Positions 21,187 to 31,854 of a stretch of 64,000 nt of DNA are shown piece after piece. The notes beneath the pieces are model-generated. The model did not search any database, had not been told where the DNA came from, and saw nothing but the letters and a program-made list of their open reading frames with translations. How positions within the stretch are numbered: the first letter of the stretch is position 1; each line of letters starts with the position of its first letter. Where the stretch lies: NCBI GenBank assembly GCA_965223905.1, contig CBDCXV010000001.1, positions 384,001 to 448,000 of the forward strand. Reading direction: 5' to 3'. The DNA is from Candidatus Latescibacterota bacterium. GTDB taxonomy: Bacteria; Latescibacterota; UBA2968; UBA8231. Position numbers and translations under genes: made by a program.

Positions 21187-21222
21187 CGCCCGGCGCGGGC
21201 GGGTGACGGAGGGGCCTGACGG

Positions 21223-22848
21223 ATGCGCGGCGGCGATCTCCTGATCGAGTGCCTGAAAGCACAGGGAGTCGGCTGCATCTTCGGCATGCCGGGGACGCAG
21301 AACATCCAGATCTACGACTCCCTGCTGCGCTGCGGAGGGGACGGGCTCGGCCACCTGCTGGTGCGCCACGAGTACTCCGCCTCGGTGATGGCCGACGGGT
21401 ACGCCCGCGCCACCGGAGACGTCGGGGTGGCACTCACAGTACCCGGCCCGGGCGCCAGCAACGCCTCGACCGGGATCCTCCAGGCCTGCACCGATTCGGT
21501 CCCGGTGCTGCTGATCACCGGGCAGCACGAGTCGAAGCATTATTCCCGCGATCCAAGCAAGCATTTCCACGGCCTCGATCAGCTCTCCTTCTTCGCGCCG
21601 ATAACCAAGTACCGCGCCAGCGTCCGTTCCGTCGAGGATATCCCCGTCCACGTCGAGAAGGCGTTCGCCGCCATGCGCTCGCCGCGGCCGGGCCCGGCAC
21701 TGCTGGAGTTTCCCCAGGATGTGATCACCGCGGACGGCAGCGCACGGGTATGCCCACGCGTCGAGCACCAGGCCGCCCCGGCTCCGGACGAGTCTCTCAT
21801 ACAGGCGGCGGCAACCATGCTTGGCGCGGCGCGACGGCCGCTGCTGCTGGCCGGCGCGGCCGTCATTGCGAGCGGCGCCCGTGCCGAGCTGCGGCAGCTG
21901 GCGGAAAAGATCCATGCCCCGGTCGCTACCACACGGCGCGGAAAGGGGGTGCTGCCCGAAGATCACGAGCTGGCGCTGTGCGATCTCAACGGCTACCGCG
22001 GCCAGCAGGCCCTTGCCGCGGCCGACTGCACGGTGGCGGTCGGCTGCCGCTTTACCTCGATCGACACCAACAACTGGACCCGCGAGTTCCCGCGGCCGCT
22101 GCTGCAGCTCGACCCCGAGGAGAGCGAGATCGGCCGCGAATACGAGTGCGACATCGGCGTCCCCGGCGATCTGCGGGAGAGCCTGCGGGGACTGTCGGAA
22201 ACCGCCGGCACTCCCACCTGCCAGTGGAGCGGCCTGATCGAGGAATGGCAGGGGCGGTTTGCGGCGCAGCCGGCGCTGCCGTTGCTGCCCGAGATACGCG
22301 CTGTGCTGCCGGAGGGGGGCATCCTCTCCGTCGACGTGCACGGCATCGGTTACTCGGTCTTCTCCGAGTACGCGATCACCGACCCGAAGACCTTCATCTA
22401 TCCCTGCATCGGGGTATCCCTCGGACACGCCTTCCCCGCGGCCCTCGGCGCCAAGGTCGCCCATCCGGAGCGGCCGGTGGTCTGTTTCAGCGGCGACGGC
22501 GGGTTCCTGATGGGAAGCTTCGAGCTGGCCACCGCGGTCCGCTACGGGATCAACGTGGTTGCCGTTGTCGTCAACGACGGCGCCCTGACGGCGATCAAGG
22601 GCTCTCAGCAGCGGGACTGCGAGGGCCGCACCATCGACACCGAGCTCACCAACCCGGACTTTGTCGCTTTTGCGCGCTCGTTCGGCGCCCATGCAGAGCG
22701 CGTCGAGGATCTCTCCGGATTTCGCCCCGCTCTCGAAAGGGCCCTGGAAGCGGAGCGCCCGGCGGTGATCGAGGTCCTCATGCAGGACCGCCACCAGGAA
22801 ATCATCAGCTGGGTCACCTGGCTGCGAGAGGATCCTTTGAGAGGGTAG
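21223..22848 (+). CDS. Thiamine pyrophosphate-binding enzyme (acetolactate synthase-like)
   Basis: FGMPG, RHE, GPGASN, GDGGF...ND TPP motif. Confidence 0.9.
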   Translation: MRGGDLLIECLKAQGVGCIFGMPGTQNIQIYDSLLRCGGDGLGHLLVRHEYSASVMADGYARATGDVGVALTVPGPGASNASTGILQACTDSVPVLLITGQHESKHYSRDPSKHFHGLDQLSFFAPITKYRASVRSVEDIPVHVEKAFAAMRSPRPGPALLEFPQDVITADGSARVCPRVEHQAAPAPDESLIQAAATMLGAARRPLLLAGAAVIASGARAELRQLAEKIHAPVATTRRGKGVLPEDHELALCDLNGYRGQQALAAADCTVAVGCRFTSIDTNNWTREFPRPLLQLDPEESEIGREYECDIGVPGDLRESLRGLSETAGTPTCQWSGLIEEWQGRFAAQPALPLLPEIRAVLPEGGILSVDVHGIGYSVFSEYAITDPKTFIYPCIGVSLGHAFPAALGAKVAHPERPVVCFSGDGGFLMGSFELATAVRYGINVVAVVVNDGALTAIKGSQQRDCEGRTIDTELTNPDFVAFARSFGAHAERVEDLSGFRPALERALEAERPAVIEVLMQDRHQEIISWVTWLREDPLRG

Positions 22849-22863
22849 TTCGGGGCCATCGCG

Positions 22864-24546
22864 ATGCTGAAGCTGATCTCCTTTTTCCTCGAAGATCCCC
22901 AGCGGCGCCGCAACTTTTCGCGCCTGCTGCGCCTGTTGTCGGTGTTCGCCGCGCTGGTGTCGCTCTTCAGCGTCCTCTTCCACGTCCTGATGCTGCACGA
23001 GGGCCGCAACTACAGCTGGTTCACGGGGTTGTACTGGACGCTGACGGTGATGTCGACCCTCGGGTTCGGCGACATCACCTTCCACACCGATCTCGGGCGC
23101 GCCTTCAGCATGGTGGTGCTGCTGAGCGGCACCCTGTTCATGCTGATGCTGCTGCCCATCACCTTCCTGCAGTTTTTCTGGATGCCCTGGGTGCAGGCGC
23201 GGACCGCGGCGCGGAGACCGCAGGAGCTCGACTCCGGCATCCGCGACCACGTCGTGCTCACGCAGCACGATCCGGTTTCCATGGCCCTGATCGAGCGGCT
23301 GACCCAGTTCAACTACTCCTACGTGCTAATGGAATCGGACGGTGCCGAAGCGATGCGTTTCTCCGACGAGGGCCTGAAAGTCATTGTCGGAGATCTCGAC
23401 GATCCGGACGCCTACCGCCGCGCGCGCGTCTCCGAAGCGGCGCTCGTGGTCACCGCCTGCAGCGACGAGGTCAACGCCCAGGTCGCCTCGACGGTGCGCG
23501 GGATTTCAGAGGTGACGCCGATTATCGGCACCGCCGATGCCCCGGCCTCGGTCGACATCCTGCAGCTCGCCGGATGCACCCACGTGCTGCAGCTGGCGGA
23601 CATGTTGGGGGAATCGCTGGCGCGGCGCATTACCGCGGGGGACGCGATGGCGCACGTGATCGGGGAGTTCGAGGAGCTGATGATCGCCGAGGCCACGGTC
23701 ACCCGCACCCCGCTGGTGGGCAAGACCCTGGCGCAGGCCGACCTGCGCCGGAACGTGGGAATCACCGTCGTCGGCGTGTGGGAGCGGGGTGAGTTCCAAC
23801 CGGCGCGGCCGGAAGCACCGATCGCCGAGAACACCGTGCTGGTCCTGGCGGCCAACCGGCAGCAGCTGTACCGCTACGACAGCCTGTTTGCGATCTACAA
23901 CCAGAACCCCGATCCGGTGATCATCATCGGCTCGGGGCGCGTCGGCCGGGCGACGGCGAGAGCCCTGGCCGAACGCAAGGTCGACTACCGCATCGTCGAG
24001 CGCGACCCTGGAGCAGTGGACGACCGTGAAAAAACCGTGATCGGGTCGGCTGCCGAGCTCGAGGTGATGAAGGAGGCCGGAATCGACAAGGCCCCTGCGG
24101 TGGTGCTGACCACGCGGGACGACGAGACCAACGTATACCTCGCCATATACTGCCGGAAGCTGAGGCCGGATATACAGATCATCGCCCGGGCGAACCTCGA
24201 GCGCGGCGTGCCGACGTTGCACCGGGCCGGCACCGATTTCGTGATGTCCTACCCCTCGATGGGTGCCCGGGAGATCGCCAATCTCCTCAAACGCAGCAGC
24301 ACGTTGATGATCGCCGAGGGACTGGAAGTTGTGCGCCTTCCTGTGCCGGACAGTCTCGCGGGCAAGAGTATAGCCGCCTCCGGGATCCGCCCGCGCACCG
24401 GTTGTTCCGTCGTCGCGACCAGCCTCAACGGGTCGACCAGCGTCAACCCGGATCCCGGGGGGAAGTTGCCGGCAGGTGGAGAGATGATCCTGATCGCGAC
24501 CGCCGAAGGGGAGCGCAAATTCCTCGGAGAATTCCGGGAGGCCTGA
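22864..24546 (+). CDS. Potassium channel with tandem RCK (TrkA-N/C) domains
   Basis: Pore signature STLGFGD; GSGRVG NAD-binding motif. Confidence 0.9.
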   Translation: MLKLISFFLEDPQRRRNFSRLLRLLSVFAALVSLFSVLFHVLMLHEGRNYSWFTGLYWTLTVMSTLGFGDITFHTDLGRAFSMVVLLSGTLFMLMLLPITFLQFFWMPWVQARTAARRPQELDSGIRDHVVLTQHDPVSMALIERLTQFNYSYVLMESDGAEAMRFSDEGLKVIVGDLDDPDAYRRARVSEAALVVTACSDEVNAQVASTVRGISEVTPIIGTADAPASVDILQLAGCTHVLQLADMLGESLARRITAGDAMAHVIGEFEELMIAEATVTRTPLVGKTLAQADLRRNVGITVVGVWERGEFQPARPEAPIAENTVLVLAANRQQLYRYDSLFAIYNQNPDPVIIIGSGRVGRATARALAERKVDYRIVERDPGAVDDREKTVIGSAAELEVMKEAGIDKAPAVVLTTRDDETNVYLAIYCRKLRPDIQIIARANLERGVPTLHRAGTDFVMSYPSMGAREIANLLKRSSTLMIAEGLEVVRLPVPDSLAGKSIAASGIRPRTGCSVVATSLNGSTSVNPDPGGKLPAGGEMILIATAEGERKFLGEFREA

Positions 24547-24589
24547 CGGTCAGGATCGCCGCCGGGAAGACTCCCCGCACCCGGATCCG

Positions 24590-25639
24590 CTATTCGGCGG
24601 GAACCCCATCCAGCTCGCGCAGCACCGCATGCGCTATCTCGACCTGGGGCGGACTGAGGTTGTTGCGAACCACCCTCTGCAGGGCGATCCGCCCCCACTG
24701 GTCTCCCTTCCGTGCGAGGTCGACCGCTTCCTCGAAACCGCGTTCGGCATAGCTGAAGTCGCGCGGCCGGGTCTCGAGGTCGAGCGCTTCCCAGTAGTAG
24801 CGCAGATCCCGGGAACCACTCCAGTCCGCGTAGACCTCCTCCCAGGTAAGGCCGCTGAGCCGCTGCAGGTGGGGCTGCAGCATGTGTTCGGCGATGAGGT
24901 CGGAAGCCGCCTGGTAGCGGTTGTCGAGCGACACCCGCAGCCGGTCGGCGGTGAGGTTGGGCAGCGCCTTGTGAACCATCAGGGCGTTGAAGACCAGGGT
25001 GTCCCCGAGTTCGAAGTCGGTGCTGTACCACTCACCCTCGAGTTCCCCGGGTTCGATCTTCAGGCCCCCGGCGCCGAGGGAGAAATGGTGGTCGAGGAGG
25101 TGCTCGAGCTCGTGCGACCGCGGCAGGATCGCCAGCGGCCCCAGCTCGATCGGGCAGTCGCCTACCGGCGCCCAGCAGGTGTAAGTGTCGAAGTTGCCCT
25201 GAAAGTGAACGAAGTCCTGGTGCACGGGGGTGGTATGGTCGGAGAACTTCGGGAACCAGAGACGGGCGATCTTCTGGGGGTGCGGCAACACCGGCTGGCC
25301 GATGATTTTGCCCATCAGCTCGAGAACTTCGGGCCAGTGACCGGAACGGTGGAACGACTCGAGCCTGTAGACTGCGGAGTACACCTCGGTGTACTCGGGA
25401 TCGCCCTCGGTGCAGGCCCTGGACGGGTCGGCGATGCCGTCGGCAGGGTCGGTACCGGGGACCAGCCAGCCGGCCTCGGCTATCACCGAGAGCATGTCGC
25501 GGCGCAAGGCGAGCATGAGGTCGGCGTCCTGCAGGCCTCGGAAGAACAGGTAGCCCTCCTCGGCGATGCGGCGGCGCAGTTCCGGCCCGTCGTCGAGAGC
25601 GTCGTTCGAGCCCCTGAATTCCTTCAGCGCATCACTCAT
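24590..25639 (-). CDS. PhyH family dioxygenase
   Basis: TPVHQD, VHKALPN, RVSLDNRY. Confidence 0.9.
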   Translation of the reverse strand: MSDALKEFRGSNDALDDGPELRRRIAEEGYLFFRGLQDADLMLALRRDMLSVIAEAGWLVPGTDPADGIADPSRACTEGDPEYTEVYSAVYRLESFHRSGHWPEVLELMGKIIGQPVLPHPQKIARLWFPKFSDHTTPVHQDFVHFQGNFDTYTCWAPVGDCPIELGPLAILPRSHELEHLLDHHFSLGAGGLKIEPGELEGEWYSTDFELGDTLVFNALMVHKALPNLTADRLRVSLDNRYQAASDLIAEHMLQPHLQRLSGLTWEEVYADWSGSRDLRYYWEALDLETRPRDFSYAERGFEEAVDLARKGDQWGRIALQRVVRNNLSPPQVEIAHAVLRELDGVPAE

Positions 25640-25697
25640 TGGGTTTCACCTTTCTTTGGCCGCGTCGTTGAAACGCACCGCTCCCCGACTTCCACGA

Positions 25698-27503
25698 TCA
25701 GGGCCGGTCCCAGGGAAAGGCGAACGTCGGCGGGTGCGCGTAGCGTCGCTGCCGGATGCTCAGCACCCCGCCGCATCCCGGCGTCAGGCGCACGACAAAC
25801 GCGGACCGTCGCTGCGAGTCGAACCCCCCTTGCAGCTCGGCATCCTGGCCGCCGCAGGAAACCAGCTCGCTGCGGTGCTCGGCGTAGGCGCCTCCCTGGA
25901 CGACGACGGTGCGCTCGTGCACCGGGCTGAGATTGACCAGCGACACGTCTACGTTTTCCGCGTCCATGCGCTCGACGAGTGCGCCGACGTCCGGCGGCAA
26001 CCCCGCGCGCCGGCGGTCGGCGTCGAAGTAGCGCAGGCGGCAGTGCAGGGAGTGGCCGTCCCGTCCCGTTGGCAGGCCCCCGAGCATGAGGCGGGTCAGG
26101 TTCTCGGTGACCGCCGGATTCAGGCCGTTCATGTCGTCCGAAAGGCGGGTATCGGGGGTGGTACTGTCGGCGCGCATCTCCGCTACCCGGCGGCGCAGCA
26201 GCTCGAGGTCGGATTCGAGCGCTTTTTCGGGAAACGAACCGCCTCCTCCGCGCACGAACTCCACCCAGTCGTCGCCGACGCGTTCGGCATCCTGCGCGTC
26301 CTGCGACCAGAACCAGGTCTGCAGGGCGCCTGCGTCGAAAGGTGCCGGCTGATGGGCGTACCAACCCTCGTCTCCGTGCATGCGCGGATACATGGTGCGG
26401 CCGTCGATCTCGGCGGCGTTGTCGTTGACGCGGTCGATGACCCCTCTCCAGAGATCGACGTACGACTCCTTCCCCGTCATCAGCAGGGCGTTGGCGAACC
26501 CGTAGAAGGGGCGGCTGTAGGCGCAGCAGCGGTGCGCCGGCTCCCCGGTCTGCGGGACGGTTACGGTGAATCCCCAGCCGTAGCAGCCGCCCCACCACCT
26601 GCCGCCGCACTCGCCGCCGACACGGCCGTCGAGACCGATGTTGCTCGGAATGATGCCGTCGTTTTCGTCGGTGCGCTCGACCCAGGCGTCGACGTACTCC
26701 AGCAGCCAGTCGCGGTAGCGCTCGCCGCCTCCGAGAGCGAAGGCGGTCAGGGCGAGCTGCGTCGCCCCGAGGTTGTTCGGGTGGTCGCCGGCGACGTCGG
26801 TGTACTCCTCGAAATGCGCCAGCATTTCCGCGTAGCTGCCCTCGTTGTGCACGAGCCGGAAACGCCCCTCCACCTCGATCGGGTCACCGGCCCAGTCGAG
26901 AGCGGTGGCCTTGCGCAGCATCGGCCCCCGGCTGCCGTTCATCAGCGAACGAATAAGGCGGTGCCGCGGGTCGTAGTTGGGCGCCTGCGGATCCTCGTCC
27001 ATGTAGAAGCCTGCGTAGCGCCGGGAGCGCTGCAGGTAGCGCCGGTCGTACGGGTCGCTCAGTCCGTAGTGGAAGAAGGAGCTGAACCCCTCGCCGTGGT
27101 GGAACCAGTCGAGGCTGACGGGAAACTCCTTGTAGTACATGCCGTCCCTGGCGAACGGCACCTCGACGGTTTTCGCTTCGGTGTACTGTCGCAGGTGGCC
27201 CTCGAAGCCGCGGCGGAACAGGTCGAGGATGTCGTCGTCCGCGCCGAGGGCGTGCAGCACGGTCCAGTTCAGCTGGTTTTCCGCGGCGTCGTCCGGGCCG
27301 TCGTCTCCCCCCCAGCGCGGCACGCACAGCAGGTACCCTCGCTCGTCGAAGTAGCGCTCGTAGAACTCCCGGCATGCCTCGGCCTGGGCGTCGAGAAGCT
27401 GGCGCTCGAGCAACGCCCACCGCGGCGGGCTCATCGGCGTGTCGAGTGTCAGGTTCGGCGCATGCGGTGCGTGTCCGCCCGGTGGACAACCATGTTTTTT
27501 CAT
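25698..27503 (-). CDS. Hypothetical protein (~600 aa), start uncertain
   Basis: Long natural-looking ORF rich in W/Y/D/G (RWGGDDGPDDAAEN, DWFHHGEG); no family recognised. Confidence 0.8.
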   Translation of the reverse strand: MKKHGCPPGGHAPHAPNLTLDTPMSPPRWALLERQLLDAQAEACREFYERYFDERGYLLCVPRWGGDDGPDDAAENQLNWTVLHALGADDDILDLFRRGFEGHLRQYTEAKTVEVPFARDGMYYKEFPVSLDWFHHGEGFSSFFHYGLSDPYDRRYLQRSRRYAGFYMDEDPQAPNYDPRHRLIRSLMNGSRGPMLRKATALDWAGDPIEVEGRFRLVHNEGSYAEMLAHFEEYTDVAGDHPNNLGATQLALTAFALGGGERYRDWLLEYVDAWVERTDENDGIIPSNIGLDGRVGGECGGRWWGGCYGWGFTVTVPQTGEPAHRCCAYSRPFYGFANALLMTGKESYVDLWRGVIDRVNDNAAEIDGRTMYPRMHGDEGWYAHQPAPFDAGALQTWFWSQDAQDAERVGDDWVEFVRGGGGSFPEKALESDLELLRRRVAEMRADSTTPDTRLSDDMNGLNPAVTENLTRLMLGGLPTGRDGHSLHCRLRYFDADRRRAGLPPDVGALVERMDAENVDVSLVNLSPVHERTVVVQGGAYAEHRSELVSCGGQDAELQGGFDSQRRSAFVVRLTPGCGGVLSIRQRRYAHPPTFAFPWDRP

Positions 27504-27624
27504 ACCGAAAAGGGTACGCAAAGGGCCGCGGCTTGAGTAGCCGTTCCCGAGCGATCACAGCGCCCGGTCAGGCGCACGTCCCCGCTTTTCCCGGTTCCAG
27601 CCAATGCGGATCTTCAGGGGTGCC

Positions 27625-29166
27625 ATGCTGTTTGCCGAGATAGTCCGAACCTCCCGGTCCGTGGGCGGCACCCGCGCGCGGCTGCAGAAAATCGCCCGCC
27701 TCGCCGAGTGCCTGCGCGGCCTCGACCCGGCAGAGGGCCAGGCCGGCGTCGCCTTCCTTGCCGGCGAGCTGCGCCAAGGCCGCATCGGGCTCGGGTACGC
27801 CGCGGTCCGCGACGCCATGCCGGGCAGCGCCGCGCCGGGGCCGCAGCTGGCGGTCGCCGCGGTCGATCTCGCTTTTGCGGAGATCGCCTCGATGAGCGGC
27901 CCCGGTTCGGCCAAGGCAAAACTGCAGAGACTGGGGCAGCTGCTGTCGCAGGCGACGGTGGAGGAGCAGGAGTTCCTGGCGCGACTGGTTTTCGGGGAGC
28001 TGCGCCAGGGGGCGCAGGAGGGGATCGTCGTCGAGGCGGTCGCCAGGGCCGCGGGCCTTTCCCCGGCATCGGTTCGGCGAGCGGCGATGCTGTCGGGAGA
28101 CCTGCGCGAGGTCGCCGTCGCCGCTCTCACCGGAGGAGAAGGGCCCCTCGCCCAATTCCGGCTGCAGCTGCTGTCGCCGGTCCAGCCGATGCTGGCCCAG
28201 ACCGCACAGGACCTGGAGGAGGTGTTCGGCCGTCACGAGCGCGTCGGCCTCGAACACAAGCTCGACGGGGCGCGCGTGCAGGTGCACCGGCTCGGCGGCG
28301 ACGTCCGCGTGTTCACGCGCAAGCTGAACGACGTCACTGCCGCGGTTCCCGAGGTAGTCGAAGCGGTGCGAGCGCTCCCTGGTACGCGCCTGATTCTCGA
28401 CGGCGAGGCGGTCGCCCTGACCGGCCAGGGCCGGCCGGCCCCGTTTCAGATGACGATGCGCCGCTTCGGACGCCGGCTCAACGTCGAAGAGATGAAAGCC
28501 GAGCTGCCGCTGTCCCCGTTTTTCTTCGACTGCCTGCACCTCGACGGCGAAGACCTCATCGACCTCCCGGGCCGGGAACGCGCCGAGGCGATGAGCGGCC
28601 TGGTGCCGGAGGCCGGACGGGTACCTGTCCTCGTCACCGCGTCGCCCGGGGAAGCCCGCCGGTTCATCGACGGCGCCCTGCAGGCCGGGCACGAAGGGGT
28701 GATGGCCAAGGATCCGGAGGCACCCTACGAAGCTGGACGCCGCGGGGCCGGCTGGATGAAGCTGAAACCGTCGCACACCCTCGACTTGGTGGTCCTGGCC
28801 GTCGAGTGGGGCAGCGGCAGACGCCGCGGCTGGCTTTCAAACCTCCACCTCGGGGCCCGCGACGAGGCCGGCGGGTTCGCCATGCTCGGCAAGACGTTCA
28901 AGGGAATGACCGACGAGATGCTGCGCTGGCAGACCGCAAAGCTGCAGGAGCTGAAGGTGGCCGAGGAGGGCAACGTCGTGCACGTGCGGCCCGAGCTCGT
29001 GGTCGAGGTCGTATTCGACGGGGTGCAGGCGAGCCCCAAATATCCCGAGGGGATGGCGCTCCGCTTCGCCCGCGTCAAGCGCTACCGTCCCGACAAGCGC
29101 GCCGCCCAGGCCGACACGGTCGTCGCAGTGCGGGAGATCTTCCACCGATCACGGGAAAGCGGTTAA
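27625..29166 (+). CDS. ATP-dependent DNA ligase
   Basis: Motif I EHKLDGARVQ, LDGE, FFFD, EGVMAK, WMKLK, ALRFAR. Confidence 0.93.
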   Translation: MLFAEIVRTSRSVGGTRARLQKIARLAECLRGLDPAEGQAGVAFLAGELRQGRIGLGYAAVRDAMPGSAAPGPQLAVAAVDLAFAEIASMSGPGSAKAKLQRLGQLLSQATVEEQEFLARLVFGELRQGAQEGIVVEAVARAAGLSPASVRRAAMLSGDLREVAVAALTGGEGPLAQFRLQLLSPVQPMLAQTAQDLEEVFGRHERVGLEHKLDGARVQVHRLGGDVRVFTRKLNDVTAAVPEVVEAVRALPGTRLILDGEAVALTGQGRPAPFQMTMRRFGRRLNVEEMKAELPLSPFFFDCLHLDGEDLIDLPGRERAEAMSGLVPEAGRVPVLVTASPGEARRFIDGALQAGHEGVMAKDPEAPYEAGRRGAGWMKLKPSHTLDLVVLAVEWGSGRRRGWLSNLHLGARDEAGGFAMLGKTFKGMTDEMLRWQTAKLQELKVAEEGNVVHVRPELVVEVVFDGVQASPKYPEGMALRFARVKRYRPDKRAAQADTVVAVREIFHRSRESG

Positions 29167-29222
29167 ACGCCCGCTTTGGCCAAGCTGTCTCAATGAGGAC
29201 ACCCGTTCAGGAGGATAAATCC

Positions 29223-29630
29223 ATGGGAATGAAAAGGATCGTAACCCTGTTCGCCGCGCTGATGCTCATCGTCGCGGTGACGAGCTACGCGCAGCGGTTC
29301 GGCGGCGGCGGACGCGGACGGGCAGGTGGCGGCGGCATGCTGCCGCTCGAGAGCGACTGGGCCCTGATCAGCTTCGAGCTCGACGTCTCTCCAGCCACCC
29401 TCGGCAAGCTGCGAACCGTGTACCAAAAAGCCTGGGATCAACGCAGCGACCTGTTCGCCCGCATGCGCAACCAGGAGGTCGATCGCACCCGGATGCCGGA
29501 CCTGATGGGAAATATCCAGGCTGAACTCGACGGCGCCCGCAACGAGACTCTTTCGGAAGCACAGGTCGCCCGTCTCGTCGAGCTGCGCTCGAGGCGCCGT
29601 GACGTTGCTGGAGGTTTCGGCCGTCGGTAG
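29223..29630 (+). CDS. Secreted hypothetical helical protein (Spy/CpxP-like architecture)
   Basis: Signal peptide ending SYA-Q, Gly-rich linker, helical body, AGGAGG RBS. Confidence 0.7.
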   Translation: MGMKRIVTLFAALMLIVAVTSYAQRFGGGGRGRAGGGGMLPLESDWALISFELDVSPATLGKLRTVYQKAWDQRSDLFARMRNQEVDRTRMPDLMGNIQAELDGARNETLSEAQVARLVELRSRRRDVAGGFGRR

Positions 29631-29716
29631 ACGCTGAGGCGTGAATCCCATTCCTTACCCCGAAGAGAGGTTTCCAGGCGAACCCGGTTACGGGCCGCAA
29701 ACGAAAGCGAGCGGAA

Positions 29717-30451
29717 ATGAACGACGAAGAACGCTTCCTGTTCGACCTCGAGGGGTATCTCATCATCAGGAACGCGCTGTCGCCGGAGGAGGTAGCCGAG
29801 ATAAACCGCGTCGCCGACGAGAGGTATCCCTACGGCGAGCCGGAGGAAAAAGGGGAGTGGTCGGTGTTGCCGTGGGCCGAGCGGGTGAAACGGCTGATCG
29901 ATCACCCGAAGATTCTGCCTTACCTCGTGGAGCTGCTCGGGGACCGCGTCCGCCTGGACCACGACTACGCGCTCTTCATGGATGAAGGGGAAGAACGCGG
30001 CGGTCTTCACGGCGGAACCGGTTATACCCACTGGTATCGCTACCGCAACGGGAGGATGTCGAACGGGCTGACGGTGGTCACATGGTTCCTGACCCCGGCC
30101 CCGTCGGGGGCCGGTGGCTTCGCCTGCGTGCCCGGGAGCCACAAAAGCAACTTCGATGCGGGGGACATCCCGGATGAGGTGCGTTCCTTCGAACGCCCGG
30201 TGGAGTACGTCGTCCAGCCGGCCGCGGAAGCGGGGGACGCCCTGATTTTCACCGAGGCGGTGATTCATGGAACGATGCCCTGGCGCTCCTCGATGGAGCG
30301 GCGGACGCTGCTGTTCAAATACAGCCCGGGCCACTCGTCGTGGGCCAGGGACTGGTACGGCGGTATTGACGTCGGCGAGCTCACCGCGCAGCAGCAGCGA
30401 CTGCTGGCCCCCCCCTCCTCGCAGGCTCACGAAGCGGTGATTCAGCCATAG
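29717..30451 (+). CDS. PhyH family dioxygenase
   Basis: FDLEGYL, LHGG, VPGSHK, HGTMPW, RRTLLFKY. Confidence 0.88.
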   Translation: MNDEERFLFDLEGYLIIRNALSPEEVAEINRVADERYPYGEPEEKGEWSVLPWAERVKRLIDHPKILPYLVELLGDRVRLDHDYALFMDEGEERGGLHGGTGYTHWYRYRNGRMSNGLTVVTWFLTPAPSGAGGFACVPGSHKSNFDAGDIPDEVRSFERPVEYVVQPAAEAGDALIFTEAVIHGTMPWRSSMERRTLLFKYSPGHSSWARDWYGGIDVGELTAQQQRLLAPPSSQAHEAVIQP

Positions 30452-30476
30452 GACCGCAGGTCTCGATATCGACATG

Positions 30477-30514
30477 AAAAGGCCGCGCCCGTTTTTTGCG
30501 GGCGTGGCCTTTTT
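30477..30514 (+). terminator. Rho-independent terminator, possibly bidirectional
   Basis: AAAAGGCCGCGCCCG-loop-CGGGCGTGGCCTTTTT hairpin about 25 bp after the stop of 29717-30451. Confidence 0.8.
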
Positions 30515-30908
30515 CCATTGCCCCCTGTCCTGCAAGGGGGGAGTTCGAAAAGCGGTTATTCCCTCTCCCCCGCTTTCGTTTCGGTTTTCACCTTGCCCCG
30601 GCAGTTACCGCCTTCCCGGTCGCGGAGTCCGTCTCCGTCGCCCTTCGTCCACTTCTCCCATCCTCCTGAAGCCGTGAAGCGTGCAGCCGGTCTCCATCGT
30701 CCTCTCCCCGGATCTGTAACTCCTTGGACTGCCGCTTGCCGGAGGGCGTTTAACCGGGCCCCCCGAAACGGTGGACCCCATCCATTTGCCCCGGTGGAGG
30801 CACCGGACGTACGCTCCGGTTTCCATTGGAAACTGCGCAGCCAGCCCCCGCCGAGCCCGAACCGCGGCCGGCTGTCCACCCCACCGCTTACCTGGAGACC
30901 TCCGAAAA

Positions 30909-31679
30909 ATGAACCTGTCCTGCTGTGCCTGGGCTTTGTCCGGGACCGCCTGCGAAGTGCTCGGCCAGGCCGCCGGCCTCGGTTTCGAATCGGTCGACCT
31001 GCGGCCCTTCGCCTTTGTCGGAGAGAAAGGAGGGGAGCAGTTGGACTCCGCCGGCCTCCAGGTCCGCTGCGTCGCGGCTTCCGCCGCCGTTCACGAGGAT
31101 CTCGCGCTCGAGTCGGCCGACGAGGCGGTCGTGAGCGCGGCGCTGCGCCAGCTCGACATCGCCTTCGAGTACGCCTCCGCCCTGGGCGCCGGCACCGCCT
31201 ACATCGTGCCCGGCCACGAAGCGGTGGGCGACCTCGGGAGGTATGCCGCCGCCCTCGGCGAGGCGGCCGGGCTCGCGCAGCAACGCGGCCTGCGGCTGGC
31301 GGTAGAGCATTTCCCGGGCCGCGCCCTGCCGACCGTGGCAGGTACCCTCGACTTTCTGGCCGAAATCGATCACCCCAATCTCTACCTGCTGTTCGACCTC
31401 GGGCATGCCCAGATGTCGAACGAGGATCCTGTGGAGGCAATCGAAGCGGCCGCCCCGCGGCTGGGGTACGTCCACCTCGACGACAACAACGGCGTCGACG
31501 ATTCCCACCTCGCCTTGCTGGACGGCGTCCTGACCAGGCAAACCCTGCGCCGAACCCTGTCAGCCCTGCCGTCGGTCGGCTACGATGGTCCGGTCAGTCT
31601 CGAGCTCAACCCCGAACTCCCAGACCCGGCTGATGCCCTCAGGAGGAGCCGGGAGGCCGTCGAAGAGGCGCTTGGCTGA
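30909..31679 (+). CDS. Sugar phosphate isomerase/epimerase (xylose isomerase-like TIM barrel)
   Basis: LAVEH, FDLGH, VHLDD, SH, SLE metal-ligand pattern. Confidence 0.88.
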   Translation: MNLSCCAWALSGTACEVLGQAAGLGFESVDLRPFAFVGEKGGEQLDSAGLQVRCVAASAAVHEDLALESADEAVVSAALRQLDIAFEYASALGAGTAYIVPGHEAVGDLGRYAAALGEAAGLAQQRGLRLAVEHFPGRALPTVAGTLDFLAEIDHPNLYLLFDLGHAQMSNEDPVEAIEAAAPRLGYVHLDDNNGVDDSHLALLDGVLTRQTLRRTLSALPSVGYDGPVSLELNPELPDPADALRRSREAVEEALG

Positions 31680-31854
31680 GGGAACCGGTTCCGCAGGTCG
31701 CGACTCCTGCGATGAAGGGGCCAATCCTGCGGCCGTCGAGTGTACTGTCTCGGCGACGAATCGCGTCGTCTCCCAGGCTCGGTCGGCCGTGCGGAATAGC
31801 GGCCGCAAAGCCGGAGACCCCGGCGAGTGTGAGCCGAAACCGGCTGGAAGGAAC

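Noticed and set aside
30515-30908. Intergenic stretch as riboswitch, sRNA or small gene
   Set aside because: No recognisable conserved RNA motif or convincing ORF.
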